63,319 nt of DNA, taken from IMG/VR virus record IMGVR_UViG_3300031232_000004, positions 1-63,319 of that record. One strand, 5' to 3'. Every line of letters starts with the position of its first letter. The stretch's first letter is position 1. Below are positions 11,357 to 19,021 of the stretch, piece after piece. Position numbers and translations under genes: made by a program. The notes under the pieces were generated by a model. It saw nothing but the letters and a program-made list of their open reading frames with translations. It had not been told where the DNA came from and searched no databases. The DNA is from a virus. Its lineage: Duplodnaviria > Caudoviricetes.

Positions 11357-12418
11357 ATGCCTTTTAATCTTTCTGGTAACGGTCCTATAGTTTCCCCCTC
11401 AACCCTTCAATATGCAGGGGGTTCTCCAAAAGCTTTGATCAAGTTTACATCAAACACATCATCTGGAGGAGATCTTTGTGTTGGCGATTTTTGCGTTACT
11501 AATGGTGCTGTTTACACCTCTAATAACTATCGTATTTTTTGTAAAAACCTTATTTTAAATAACGGTAGAATTACTTGTAATGGAGGAAACGCGAGTGGTA
11601 GCACTAGGGGAACGGCAATAGGAAGAGGATCTTTAGGTGCTGGTGGTAGTGGTGGGAACGGCGCAACTTTCGTAGCTAGTGTCCATATCCCAGCAGTATC
11701 TGGTGAGGGATCTGATGGAGGATGCCTTGGTGGTAGTGGCGGGGCAGGTCAAACAACCCAGTACGATGCTGGTGGAACACCAGCTTATTCTACCGCTGGA
11801 GGCAGTGGTAGATCTAGGTGGATCCCATTTTCGGATTCTGGCACCGACTATATGGGTGGAGCCTATCAACCTCTAGTTTTTTCGTCAGGGATTGCTGCAA
11901 AAACAACCCATGTTTCTGGAGTTTTTGGTTCTACTACATACAGTGTTAGTGGAGGGTGTGGTGGTGGTGGTGGTGGTGGTGTAGGAAGAAATCCCGCCGA
12001 TGGTAATGTTGGTGGTTACGCAGGCGGTGGGGGAGGAGGTGGAGGGGGGGTAGTTCATATTACTTGCTCAGGAGTAATTCATTTAATGAACGGTAGCTCT
12101 ATAGCATCTGTTGGGGGAAATGGAGGGAATGGTGTTACATACTCCACATATGCGGGTGGTGGTGGTGGTGGTGGTGGTGGTGGTGTTATTATAATCACCT
12201 GCCAAGGGATTCATATGGATTCATCATCATATTTGGCTGTTTCAGGTGGAAATCCAGGGACGATAGGGTCACAAATTGGGGAATATGTTCCTGTCGCTGG
12301 AGAGACTGGAAGAATTTTAATTTTAACCCCTAGTGGAGTGTTTGATAATGGGCTTATAGCTTCTACTAGGCCTGGAGTAATCATTGGAAGTGACTACCCT
12401 AATATTCCAACGTTCTAA
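11357..12418 (+). CDS. Glycine-rich tail fibre/adhesin protein
   Basis: Multiple poly-Gly tracts (GGGGGGGG) alternating with short beta strands; follows the fibre gene. Confidence 0.55.
   Translation: MPFNLSGNGPIVSPSTLQYAGGSPKALIKFTSNTSSGGDLCVGDFCVTNGAVYTSNNYRIFCKNLILNNGRITCNGGNASGSTRGTAIGRGSLGAGGSGGNGATFVASVHIPAVSGEGSDGGCLGGSGGAGQTTQYDAGGTPAYSTAGGSGRSRWIPFSDSGTDYMGGAYQPLVFSSGIAAKTTHVSGVFGSTTYSVSGGCGGGGGGGVGRNPADGNVGGYAGGGGGGGGGVVHITCSGVIHLMNGSSIASVGGNGGNGVTYSTYAGGGGGGGGGGVIIITCQGIHMDSSSYLAVSGGNPGTIGSQIGEYVPVAGETGRILILTPSGVFDNGLIASTRPGVIIGSDYPNIPTF
11958..12185 (+). repeat. (GGT)n trinucleotide tracts encoding poly-glycine
   Basis: GGT runs at about 11958-11980 and 12155-12185, in frame in the Gly-rich gene. 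Confidence 0.8.
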
Positions 12419-12984
12419 CATCTATTACAAGTGACCTTACAGTAACCACAAGTAATCTGCACAATTCCATCACACAATTCAGATTTTTTTAGATCATCAC
12501 AAGATTGGACCCTTACATCTTTAGTTGGTTCATCATAAAAATATCTTGGAATATCTACACATTGACCGTTTGACATATCAGGCCATTTTTTTAGATCGTT
12601 TACTGAGTATATCAAAGGTGGATTAATACAAGGGTTTTCTTTAGAATTAACAAAAATCTGTGTATCAGTCTGAACAATAGTATCGGGCTTCACTAGAACA
12701 TCTGGGGGCACTCCGGTATCAACCCTCACTGGAATGGTGTCGAGTCTAACCAAGGTATCCTGCCCCACCCCCGTATCTACCCTGGTCTCGGTCTGGGTAA
12801 CGGTAACGGTCTGGACTACTGTTACGGTTTGGATAGGGGTAGTGTCTGGATCACCCGCATCTTTAGACATTACAATACTACTATAGCCACCTCCTCGACT
12901 AGCCCCATTGGCGTCGGCATCTACATAGTTGCTAACGCCTTCAGCAGAACACCCTAACATAAAAATAAACAAAAAGTTTTTCAT
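12415..12984 (-). CDS. Putative lipoprotein with Thr/Asp-rich linker and Cys-rich (ShK-like) C-terminus
   Basis: Signal peptide MKNFLFIFMLG-C (lipobox-like); VRxDT repeats; C-terminal C..C..C..CGYCKVTCNRC; own promoter; opposite strand to its neighbours. Confidence 0.6.
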   Translation of the reverse strand: MKNFLFIFMLGCSAEGVSNYVDADANGASRGGGYSSIVMSKDAGDPDTTPIQTVTVVQTVTVTQTETRVDTGVGQDTLVRLDTIPVRVDTGVPPDVLVKPDTIVQTDTQIFVNSKENPCINPPLIYSVNDLKKWPDMSNGQCVDIPRYFYDEPTKDVRVQSCDDLKKSELCDGIVQITCGYCKVTCNRC

Positions 12985-13017
12985 AGTTTTTCCTTTATAG
13001 TAATTGATTATACGTAT

Positions 13018-13046
13018 ACCTTACCATTCCTTTTTACATAAATCAA
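13018..13046 (-). promoter_or_regulatory. Sigma70-type promoter for the lipoprotein gene
   Basis: Minus strand TTGATT-N17-TAAGGT with extended TG; an alternative TATAAT lies at 13007-13012. Confidence 0.4.
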
Positions 13047-13065
13047 GCATAATCTTTAAGATATA

Positions 13066-13362
13066 ATGGCATCATTACTTTTTTATTCTAGGACTTTGAC
13101 CCTTACTGGAGTATCTGGATCTGTTGCTACCGTGGCGTCAACCACGGGCCTAGCCGCAGGCCTAAAAGGCTGGCTAACTACTTCTGTTGGGGGTGGGAAT
13201 ACTAGGGTCTATATATCGGACGTGCTTTCCGCAACAACTATGCGTCTAGCGATTGATCCAGAATCCGGTGGATCCCCTTATGGTGAAACCCCGATGATCC
13301 TTACTAGTTATGCGTCAGGTATTTTGTACCTAGAAGATCAATCCATCTACAATAACTCGTAG
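13066..13362 (+). CDS. Hypothetical (probably virion) protein
   Basis: 98-aa ORF preceded by the AATCTTTA motif. Confidence 0.55.
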   Translation: MASLLFYSRTLTLTGVSGSVATVASTTGLAAGLKGWLTTSVGGGNTRVYISDVLSATTMRLAIDPESGGSPYGETPMILTSYASGILYLEDQSIYNNS

Positions 13363-13368
13363 GACTAA

Positions 13369-14145
13369 ATGATTGTTTTAAATGGTATAGAGCGTCCAAC
13401 CGAATTCGAAGTAGAAAATTTCCTTACCAATAAAGCTCTAAAGCTTGGGGAAAGGTCTTGTCGGGGACGTAAGGACGAGGAACGAGCCAAGATTTGTGCC
13501 ATTATTTTTCATACCACCAAGGGAATTCCTGGCGGTAAAGATCTCCGACCGATGGTCCTTAAAAAGGGTCAAGGCCCCAACACGAAGGCAGGGGCTAGAA
13601 CAGTTAGTATGTGGGCTAATGATACAACCCGATACGCTGGGGCACACTTTATAGTAGACTTTGACGGCTCTATCTACCAGTGCGCCGATGTTGTCCTTAC
13701 AGCTACCTACCACGCCGAATTAGCAAATGGACGAACCGTTGGTATCGAGCTATGCCAAGGTAAAGATGCTGAAGTATATGAAGCCCAGATGGAGTCTGGT
13801 GTAAACCTAGCTAATTGGCTCACGGAAAAACTAAGCATCCAACGTCAAATACCAAACAAATATCAAGGCCCTATTGAACGACTAGAAGGTAAGCTTAATA
13901 CCTATGGGGTCTTTGGCCATCGGGATCTTACCAATAGACGTGGGGCTGGGGATCCGGGGGACTTTATCTTCCAGGCCCTCAAAAAAGCCGGGTTTGAGTC
14001 ATGGGACTTTAAGGCCGGGGAAGATATAACCGTATGGCGGGACCGCCAAAGGGACCTAGGGGTACCACCAGATGGACAACCTGGCCCTAAGACCGTAGAA
14101 GCTTTAGTGGATAAGGGTCACCCCCACGGTCTTTGGGTGGAATGA
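13369..14145 (+). CDS. Endolysin, N-acetylmuramoyl-L-alanine amidase (Amidase_2) with C-terminal peptidoglycan-binding motif
   Basis: IIFHTT, AHFIVDFDGSIYQ, YHA..AN..VGIE, GHRD...DPG amidase motifs; C-terminal QRDLGVPPDGQPGPKT peptidoglycan-binding motif. Confidence 0.85.
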   Translation: MIVLNGIERPTEFEVENFLTNKALKLGERSCRGRKDEERAKICAIIFHTTKGIPGGKDLRPMVLKKGQGPNTKAGARTVSMWANDTTRYAGAHFIVDFDGSIYQCADVVLTATYHAELANGRTVGIELCQGKDAEVYEAQMESGVNLANWLTEKLSIQRQIPNKYQGPIERLEGKLNTYGVFGHRDLTNRRGAGDPGDFIFQALKKAGFESWDFKAGEDITVWRDRQRDLGVPPDGQPGPKTVEALVDKGHPHGLWVE

Positions 14146-14173
14146 AAAAGGCCCGGGTTTTAGCCGGGCCTAA
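14146..14173. terminator. Hairpin terminator between convergent late and early arms
   Basis: AAAA-GGCCCGG-GTTTTAG-CCGGGCC-TA inverted repeat between convergent stop codons; U-tract on the minus strand. Confidence 0.7.
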
Positions 14174-14176
14174 TCA

Positions 14177-15631
14177 CTACAGACTCTTCAAAGCCCTTTC
14201 TCTAATTGTTTGGAACTGTTCGTGCTTAATAAACTGACCATCCTCCCAAACTGGTTGAAGGATACTTTGGTTTTCTTGTTCTTTGGTTGCTTGATCTACC
14301 AGTTTTAGTCCACTTTCGGTCTGAAGAACAGCTAGGCGACCCTTAGCGCTATTTTTCATACCATTATCGGTAATAGGTTTCTTGAAAATATCAATCCCCT
14401 TGCCATCAATTTGGACCCATGTTGCCTTCATAGCAAAACCAAATGTGTCGCGGGTAACATATTGATAAGTATAAGATCCGATACCAAAAACAATATTACC
14501 AGAAGAAAAACCCTTCTTTTCAAGAAGGTTTAGAATTGTTTCGCATCTTTCTGGGGTAATAGAATCTCCATAGATACATCCAATATGAGAATCTAATGCC
14601 TTAAAGCTTTTGGAAGTAATAGTTCCTCCAAATACGTCCCAAAGGCATTCAACAGTGCCCTTATGTGCTGGAGTCCCAATTGGAGCGTCTGGATCTCCAC
14701 AGATAATCTTAACAGGATCTCCACTATCTGGACGAATAACAACCTTTCCGTTCCTACTTAAAATCTTGTCTTTCAAAGAAGGAATAATTTCTGTCAATAC
14801 CTTCCAGAGATCCCAAGTATCGGATACAATACTTACAACACCTTCCTTATAAATGTCTAGTAGGTTGGAAAAAGTTTCACATTCGCTATTTTCACCACCA
14901 GCACACATTACACTGTGTTCGGTTGCAGCAACGGATCCTCCAATAAGGCCAGGTTTATGGTTGGGGTAATAATCCTCAACCAAATCAAGGGCGGGAATAG
15001 TGTCTGTCCCCGTAAAGAACAGTAGATGGGCTGCTCCGCTTAAAGAAGCGGCTTCTGGGCCAGCCATTCCACGAAAAGAAAAATCATGTCCCTGCCATCC
15101 AACAAAACCTGGGTCAGCACCAGTTCTTTCGGTGGCAGCGTAAATTAGCTTTCGATACCTAGAAGCTGTTGTGGCCGAGGTACAAGGAAGCCATAAAACA
15201 TTCGACAAAATAGTTTCAAAATAATTTACCAACCAGAAAAAGTCTGGGTGGGTGTTTTCAATTGTAAGCATAGGAACACGCAGGGGGACCTTACTACCTT
15301 CGGGGACGGCCCGAATCAAAAGGGGTAAATACCCTAGATCGTGAAGAGCCTTAATATGATCTACACCGACAGAATTGGGGCCTAAGTATCCATTAACACG
15401 ATCCGCATATGCTTTGGCTACAAAAGAAATATGCTCATTAAAAAAGCTCTTGGAGAATTCTTCTTGAAGATACTTCTCTAAAAAGTATTGAAGGCCAAAA
15501 AAATAGACTTCATCTACTCCATCTACCCTAGAAGACCTTGGAGTCCAATTCGAATAAACATATTCGGTTTTTGCAGGGTATTGTCGGCGGTGATCTAGCT
15601 TGTATCCATCGATCAAAGTAACTGGATTCAT
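14177..15631 (-). CDS. nadV: Nicotinamide phosphoribosyltransferase-like protein (Nampt/NadV; Namat of NARP1)
   Basis: DGYKLDH, HDFSFRG, ATEHSVMC, SIVSDTWD, VIRPDSGDP, IYGDSIT, GIGSYTYQYVTRDT motifs. Confidence 0.92.
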   Translation of the reverse strand: MNPVTLIDGYKLDHRRQYPAKTEYVYSNWTPRSSRVDGVDEVYFFGLQYFLEKYLQEEFSKSFFNEHISFVAKAYADRVNGYLGPNSVGVDHIKALHDLGYLPLLIRAVPEGSKVPLRVPMLTIENTHPDFFWLVNYFETILSNVLWLPCTSATTASRYRKLIYAATERTGADPGFVGWQGHDFSFRGMAGPEAASLSGAAHLLFFTGTDTIPALDLVEDYYPNHKPGLIGGSVAATEHSVMCAGGENSECETFSNLLDIYKEGVVSIVSDTWDLWKVLTEIIPSLKDKILSRNGKVVIRPDSGDPVKIICGDPDAPIGTPAHKGTVECLWDVFGGTITSKSFKALDSHIGCIYGDSITPERCETILNLLEKKGFSSGNIVFGIGSYTYQYVTRDTFGFAMKATWVQIDGKGIDIFKKPITDNGMKNSAKGRLAVLQTESGLKLVDQATKEQENQSILQPVWEDGQFIKHEQFQTIRERALKSL

Positions 15632-15647
15632 TTTTTCTCCTTGTTTG

Positions 15648-16502
15648 TTAACGGGTCATTGTTTCTACGAAATCTAAGACTACCACACCAACCCCTTGCT
15701 GTAAAGGAATAGAATCGGTAGTATATATCTTTTTAAAGATTTTATTTAAAGCTACAAAGCCTTTACTGAATAGCCCGTGGGTTACGTATAGAGACACTTC
15801 CGCCCCGGCCTCTTTTAGACTGTTACCCAGTCCTATAAAAGTCCCGCCGCCATCACAAATATCATCTACGATTAACAGATCTTTTCCATATAGAGAAGAA
15901 TCGTAATTATGACCAAAGCCTGTAATTGCTCCAGTAGAAATATCCCTTGTTTTATACCCGTTTACAATCGGGATGTTCAACAACTTTGCCACACCCGCCG
16001 CTCGTTTTTCAGATCCAGCATCAGGGGCAACAATTGCCGAAAAAGATGGGAACCTAGTCCAACACATATTAAAAACATCGTCCACCCCGTAAACTTTACA
16101 GTGATTTAGCAATGCTGGAGTCACTTCAGAGTGGGGGTCAAGGACGTGGACGGCTTTAAACCCAACAGAATTGATAATTTTTGCTATCGTTTTGACCGTA
16201 AAGAGGTAGTCCCCCTTCTTATTTAACCGATCTTGGCGTCCACCAGGCATAAATGGCAATACCAATTCCAACCAAGCCCCTGTATTTCTTTCAATATAAG
16301 CTTCCGCCCAAGCAATCCCAGCAATAAAATCAGACATACAAAAAGGACGTAAGACAAGGTGGGAAACGTTTCCTATTTTTCCCCACGTAGAAGGATCTCC
16401 ACTAGGGAAATGGATATAGGGAACATTGTCGGGGTAAACATTGATGGGAATTGAAGTAAAATTATGAAGAGTATCTTTAACGACCATATGTGAACAAAAC
16501 AT
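15648..16502 (-). CDS. prs: Ribose-phosphate pyrophosphokinase-like protein (Prs-like; Adps of NARP1)
   Basis: LPFMPGGRQDR, LDPHS, VAPDAG, IVDDICDGGGTF, YVTHGLFS motifs; adjacent to the Nampt-like gene. Confidence 0.88.
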   Translation of the reverse strand: MFCSHMVVKDTLHNFTSIPINVYPDNVPYIHFPSGDPSTWGKIGNVSHLVLRPFCMSDFIAGIAWAEAYIERNTGAWLELVLPFMPGGRQDRLNKKGDYLFTVKTIAKIINSVGFKAVHVLDPHSEVTPALLNHCKVYGVDDVFNMCWTRFPSFSAIVAPDAGSEKRAAGVAKLLNIPIVNGYKTRDISTGAITGFGHNYDSSLYGKDLLIVDDICDGGGTFIGLGNSLKEAGAEVSLYVTHGLFSKGFVALNKIFKKIYTTDSIPLQQGVGVVVLDFVETMTR

Positions 16503-16519
16503 GTGTCTCCTTTACTGTT

Positions 16520-16548
16520 TATATAACACTTAAAATAAATATAGTCAA
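16520..16548 (-). promoter_or_regulatory. Sigma70-type promoter for the prs/nadV pair
   Basis: Minus strand TTGACT-N17-TATATA, followed by an AGGAG RBS. Confidence 0.55.
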
Positions 16549-16751
16549 ATCTTTTTACTCGCTACCGCTTCCCCATAAAAGTCCTCCACAACCCCCTTCC
16601 TTTTGCGCGTAGCCATGCGTCCTTTATAGAATTTTATAAAATACAAAGTGCATCCATAACAATAGACACATATAATATCTCCTTTAGGGGAAAAGAATAT
16701 GTGCCCGGTAGCGGGATGGTAGGGGCCTTTACATTTAAAGCACTTTTCCAA
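16545..16751 (-). CDS. Small Zn-finger-like protein
   Basis: CFKC...CVYCYGC; overlaps the upstream exonuclease stop. Confidence 0.55.
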   Translation of the reverse strand: MEKCFKCKGPYHPATGHIFFSPKGDIICVYCYGCTLYFIKFYKGRMATRKRKGVVEDFYGEAVASKKI

Positions 16752-17604
16752 AGATGTCTTTTACTCCATCTAATAACGAAATACACTCATAGGACTCTAA
16801 GGCACTTAGAAGTGGCTCAATACCACCCTTATACACCATAAGGGATTCTTTTTTGAAGTTAAGTTTTGGTGTAATGACCTTGTAGTTTGTCAACACTTTG
16901 TCTTTCGAGGACAGTAGTTTATCCCAGTTCTTGTCTGAAATAAACTCCGGCTTAGTGCTCCCCAGCTTACCATAAAAACTTTCAACATCGGTAACATTTT
17001 GGGCGGCTAAAATAGGTTCAACTTGTTTTTTAGTAAGGCGCTCTATGCCTTTGATCCCGTCGGAAGGATCTCCAAACAATGCCTTAGCAAGATATACCCG
17101 GTTAGGATCGTTTACGTGGAATTCTTCAATAATATCACTCAGCACCACATATCGTCCCAAATTTGGGCTATATACACTTACCTTTACCCCTGTGATTAGC
17201 CCCCACAAATCCTTGTCGGCAGATAAGACAACCACTTCTCCAGGGATCTTAGTAACAGCAAAGGCGATAGCGTCGTCCCCTTCCATGTCGTCTTGGAGGA
17301 TATGGACACCTGGAATCATCCGTATGATAGCTGAGACCTCTGGCAGCGGATTGATCTCATGGGGGATACGGTGGGCCTTATATTCAGGCAATATCTTTTG
17401 ACGTTCCTTTTTAGAAGTAGATCCATCATAACAAAAGATAAAGTCCACCCCTTCTGGGAACTTCTTTGCAAAAGAAAGCAACGAAGATACAGCCCCGAAA
17501 ACATGGCCCGAGAAACGGCCGTCTTGGGTGGTCAGGGTTTTATGGGCAAAGCTACTACGATAAGCCAGGTTAGATACATCTACAGCTACTTTGGTTTTTG
17601 GCAT
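16735..17604 (-). CDS. 5'-3' exonuclease / RNase H (FEN/T4 RNase H family)
   Basis: DVSNLAYRS, YDG, R..ILPEYKAHR, EGDD, SADKD, GDPSDGIKGI (H3TH) motifs. Confidence 0.9.
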   Translation of the reverse strand: MPKTKVAVDVSNLAYRSSFAHKTLTTQDGRFSGHVFGAVSSLLSFAKKFPEGVDFIFCYDGSTSKKERQKILPEYKAHRIPHEINPLPEVSAIIRMIPGVHILQDDMEGDDAIAFAVTKIPGEVVVLSADKDLWGLITGVKVSVYSPNLGRYVVLSDIIEEFHVNDPNRVYLAKALFGDPSDGIKGIERLTKKQVEPILAAQNVTDVESFYGKLGSTKPEFISDKNWDKLLSSKDKVLTNYKVITPKLNFKKESLMVYKGGIEPLLSALESYECISLLDGVKDIFGKVL

Positions 17605-17610
17605 CCACAG

Positions 17611-17639
17611 ATAGTATCATATCCACCTTACAAAGACAA
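17611..17639 (-). promoter_or_regulatory. Sigma70-type promoter giving a leaderless exonuclease mRNA
   Basis: TTGTCT-N17-TACTAT with extended TG; ATG lies 6 nt after the -10 box and there is no RBS. Confidence 0.5.
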
Positions 17640-17640
17640 T

Positions 17641-17673
17641 AAAAAAGGCCTATAGTTTTTCTATAGACCTTTT
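17641..17673 (-). terminator. Intrinsic terminator ending the RNA operon
   Basis: Minus strand AAAGGTCTATAG-AAAAA-CTATAGGCC-TTTTTT. Confidence 0.8.
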
Positions 17674-17678
17674 AGAAT

Positions 17679-17780
17679 TGGCGGGGTAGGTAGGATTGAT
17701 ACCTACATTATCTACTATTTGCTAGTTGTATTCATAGAACTCCTAGTTGTCCTAGGCGCGTATAATTCCGCCACTACCCC
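17679..17780 (-). ncRNA. Aberrant tRNA-like RNA (5-nt anticodon loop, about 35-nt variable region, encoded CCA)
   Basis: GGGGTAG/CTACCCC acceptor + G-CCA; D arm GCG..CGC; CCTAG-GACAA-CTAGG arm; T arm GTAGG-TATCAAT-CCTAC. Confidence 0.65.
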
Positions 17781-17784
17781 ATAA

Positions 17785-17858
17785 GGTCTGAGATGAGAGG
17801 ATCGAACTCCCATAACCCTGCTCCCAAAGCAGGTGGCCAACCATTGGCCCAATCTCAG
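17785..17858 (-). tRNA. tRNA-Pro (UGG)
   Basis: CTGAGAT/ATCTCAG acceptor, GGCC D stem, CCTGC-TT TGG GA-GCAGG anticodon arm, GGGAG-TTCGATC-CTCTC T arm; CCA not fully encoded. Confidence 0.9.
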
Positions 17859-17903
17859 ATAACGCTAAGGGACACTACCCTGTGCCCCCCAGCTACAGTG
17901 TTT

Positions 17904-18055
17904 TAGAAACTAATAGCAACTTTTAAGATACCGAATCAAATTAATACGGTGATGTCCTTCCGCTAGACGACACCCCCACATTTGGAGGGGATGGAGAGAA
18001 TCGAACTCTCGTCTCAACCAGTTTTTTTCAGTACCGGTCGATCTACTATTTTCTA
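17904..18055 (-). ncRNA. Circularly permuted tRNA-like RNA 2 (YrlA/Y-RNA-like architecture)
   Basis: 5'->3' order: long stem strand, T arm GAGAG-TTCGATT-CTCTC, acceptor hairpin CATCCCC-TCCAAATGT-GGGGGTG, D arm GTCT-AGCGGA-AGGAC, complementary stem strand (TAGAAA/TTTCTA, AATAGTA/TGCTATT, GTACTGAA/TTCGGTAT). Confidence 0.7.
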
Positions 18056-18072
18056 TTTTTGGTTTAAGTTTC

Positions 18073-18214
18073 GGAGTCAAGTCTAAAATTAAGTAAAACC
18101 CATTAAGTGCGTTTACCAGTTTCGCCACCTCCCCATACAGTGGGGAGGGAAGGATTTGAACCTCCAGTTTCTTATCGGTTTTATTAGATTAAGTTTTAGA
18201 TTGAGCTTGTCTCC
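18073..18214 (-). ncRNA. Circularly permuted tRNA-like RNA 1 (YrlA/Y-RNA-like architecture)
   Basis: T arm GGAGG-TTCAAAT-CCTTC, acceptor hairpin CCTCCCCA-CTGTA-TGGGGAGG, D arm GCG-AAACTGGTAAA-CGC, closed by a long bulged stem (GGAG/CTCC, TCTAAAA/TTTTAGA, TAAAACC/GGTTTTA, TAAG/CTTA). Confidence 0.75.
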
Positions 18215-18219
18215 ATATT

Positions 18220-18957
18220 TTAACTACCCAACAGGTAGCTAAAGAATTTGTTTCCGATCCGGATGGATTCAGCCTCTTCTTCATTAGCTGATTCCCGGGC
18301 ATACTTCACAGCCTTAATCAACTTTTCACACTTTGCAACTAGGGCCTCCTTCCGTGGAACGGGAATCGCCCCACTAATACGAATGTTAGACCAAACACCT
18401 ACACGAACATCTTCGGTCACCTTTTCAACTTGAGCCGGATGCTTGTCCGTTGCTGGATATAGGACAACAGGTTTAAGGATCTTCTTCGTCTTAACAGTAT
18501 CAACCTTTTCGGTCTTATAAAGATTCTGGTTTGGGTCCAAAGACCACGACTCCGAAACATCCAGGGTTGGAAGAGCCCGAAGCGTAGTATGGAAATCGGT
18601 AAGAGTCTTTTCCATAAAGAGAAGGAAAGTGGCCGGTACGCCCCCCACCAAAACCTCCCCATCTACCACCACATCCCCCTTGGCCTTACAATTAGCATAG
18701 TCCTTGGTAGCAGAGATATCCATAAGTTCAGCCATCCCAGTTTCAACCTGCTTCAATAGGTCTTCAACCTTGTACTGAACTTGCTTACGCTCTTCGGGCA
18801 GCTTTTCACCGTCCTCTGCGTCGGGACGATATCCCTTAACAAAACCATTAAACAGATCAGACTTTTGAAGAGTATGGTAGACTCCGTTAATGATATCTCC
18901 TTGAATACGACCCTTGATACCTTTTTCTACTGCGATGACTTGATTTAGTTTTTGCAT
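18220..18957 (-). CDS. Conserved coiled-coil protein (KLNQxIAVEKG family; recalled as DUF7873-like)
   Basis: Motifs KLNQVIAVEKG, TKDYANC, LLFMEK, ATDKHPAQV, AVKYARESAN match a bacterial/phage family of unknown function recalled from memory; strong RBS. Confidence 0.65.
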   Translation of the reverse strand: MQKLNQVIAVEKGIKGRIQGDIINGVYHTLQKSDLFNGFVKGYRPDAEDGEKLPEERKQVQYKVEDLLKQVETGMAELMDISATKDYANCKAKGDVVVDGEVLVGGVPATFLLFMEKTLTDFHTTLRALPTLDVSESWSLDPNQNLYKTEKVDTVKTKKILKPVVLYPATDKHPAQVEKVTEDVRVGVWSNIRISGAIPVPRKEALVAKCEKLIKAVKYARESANEEEAESIRIGNKFFSYLLGS

Positions 18958-18992
18958 GTTTCCTTTTGTTTGAAGTTGTTAACTATTAAGAG

Positions 18993-19021
18993 ATTATACT
19001 AGGTTTTAGGGGCGGGGTCAA
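18993..19021 (-). promoter_or_regulatory. Sigma70-type promoter for the protein + RNA operon
   Basis: Minus strand TTGACC-N17-TATAAT. Confidence 0.7.

Noticed and set aside
11958-12185. (GGT)n as a phase-variation switch
   Set aside because: In-frame triplets encode the poly-Gly tracts normal for this protein class, and slippage would not change the frame.
17910-18128. 72-aa ORF over the RNA elements
   Set aside because: It overlaps clear tRNA-like arms and its apparent RBS is the acceptor stem.
17983-18134. One tRNA with an ~80-nt anticodon intron, or a mini tmRNA (5' half of element 1 joined to 3' half of element 2)
   Set aside because: CTTAA/TTGAG can pair, but the acceptor has a G-A mismatch, two orphan halves remain, and there is no G3-U70, tag ORF or intron core. 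The permuted pairings have fully paired acceptors and long stalks. It remains a less likely alternative fold.
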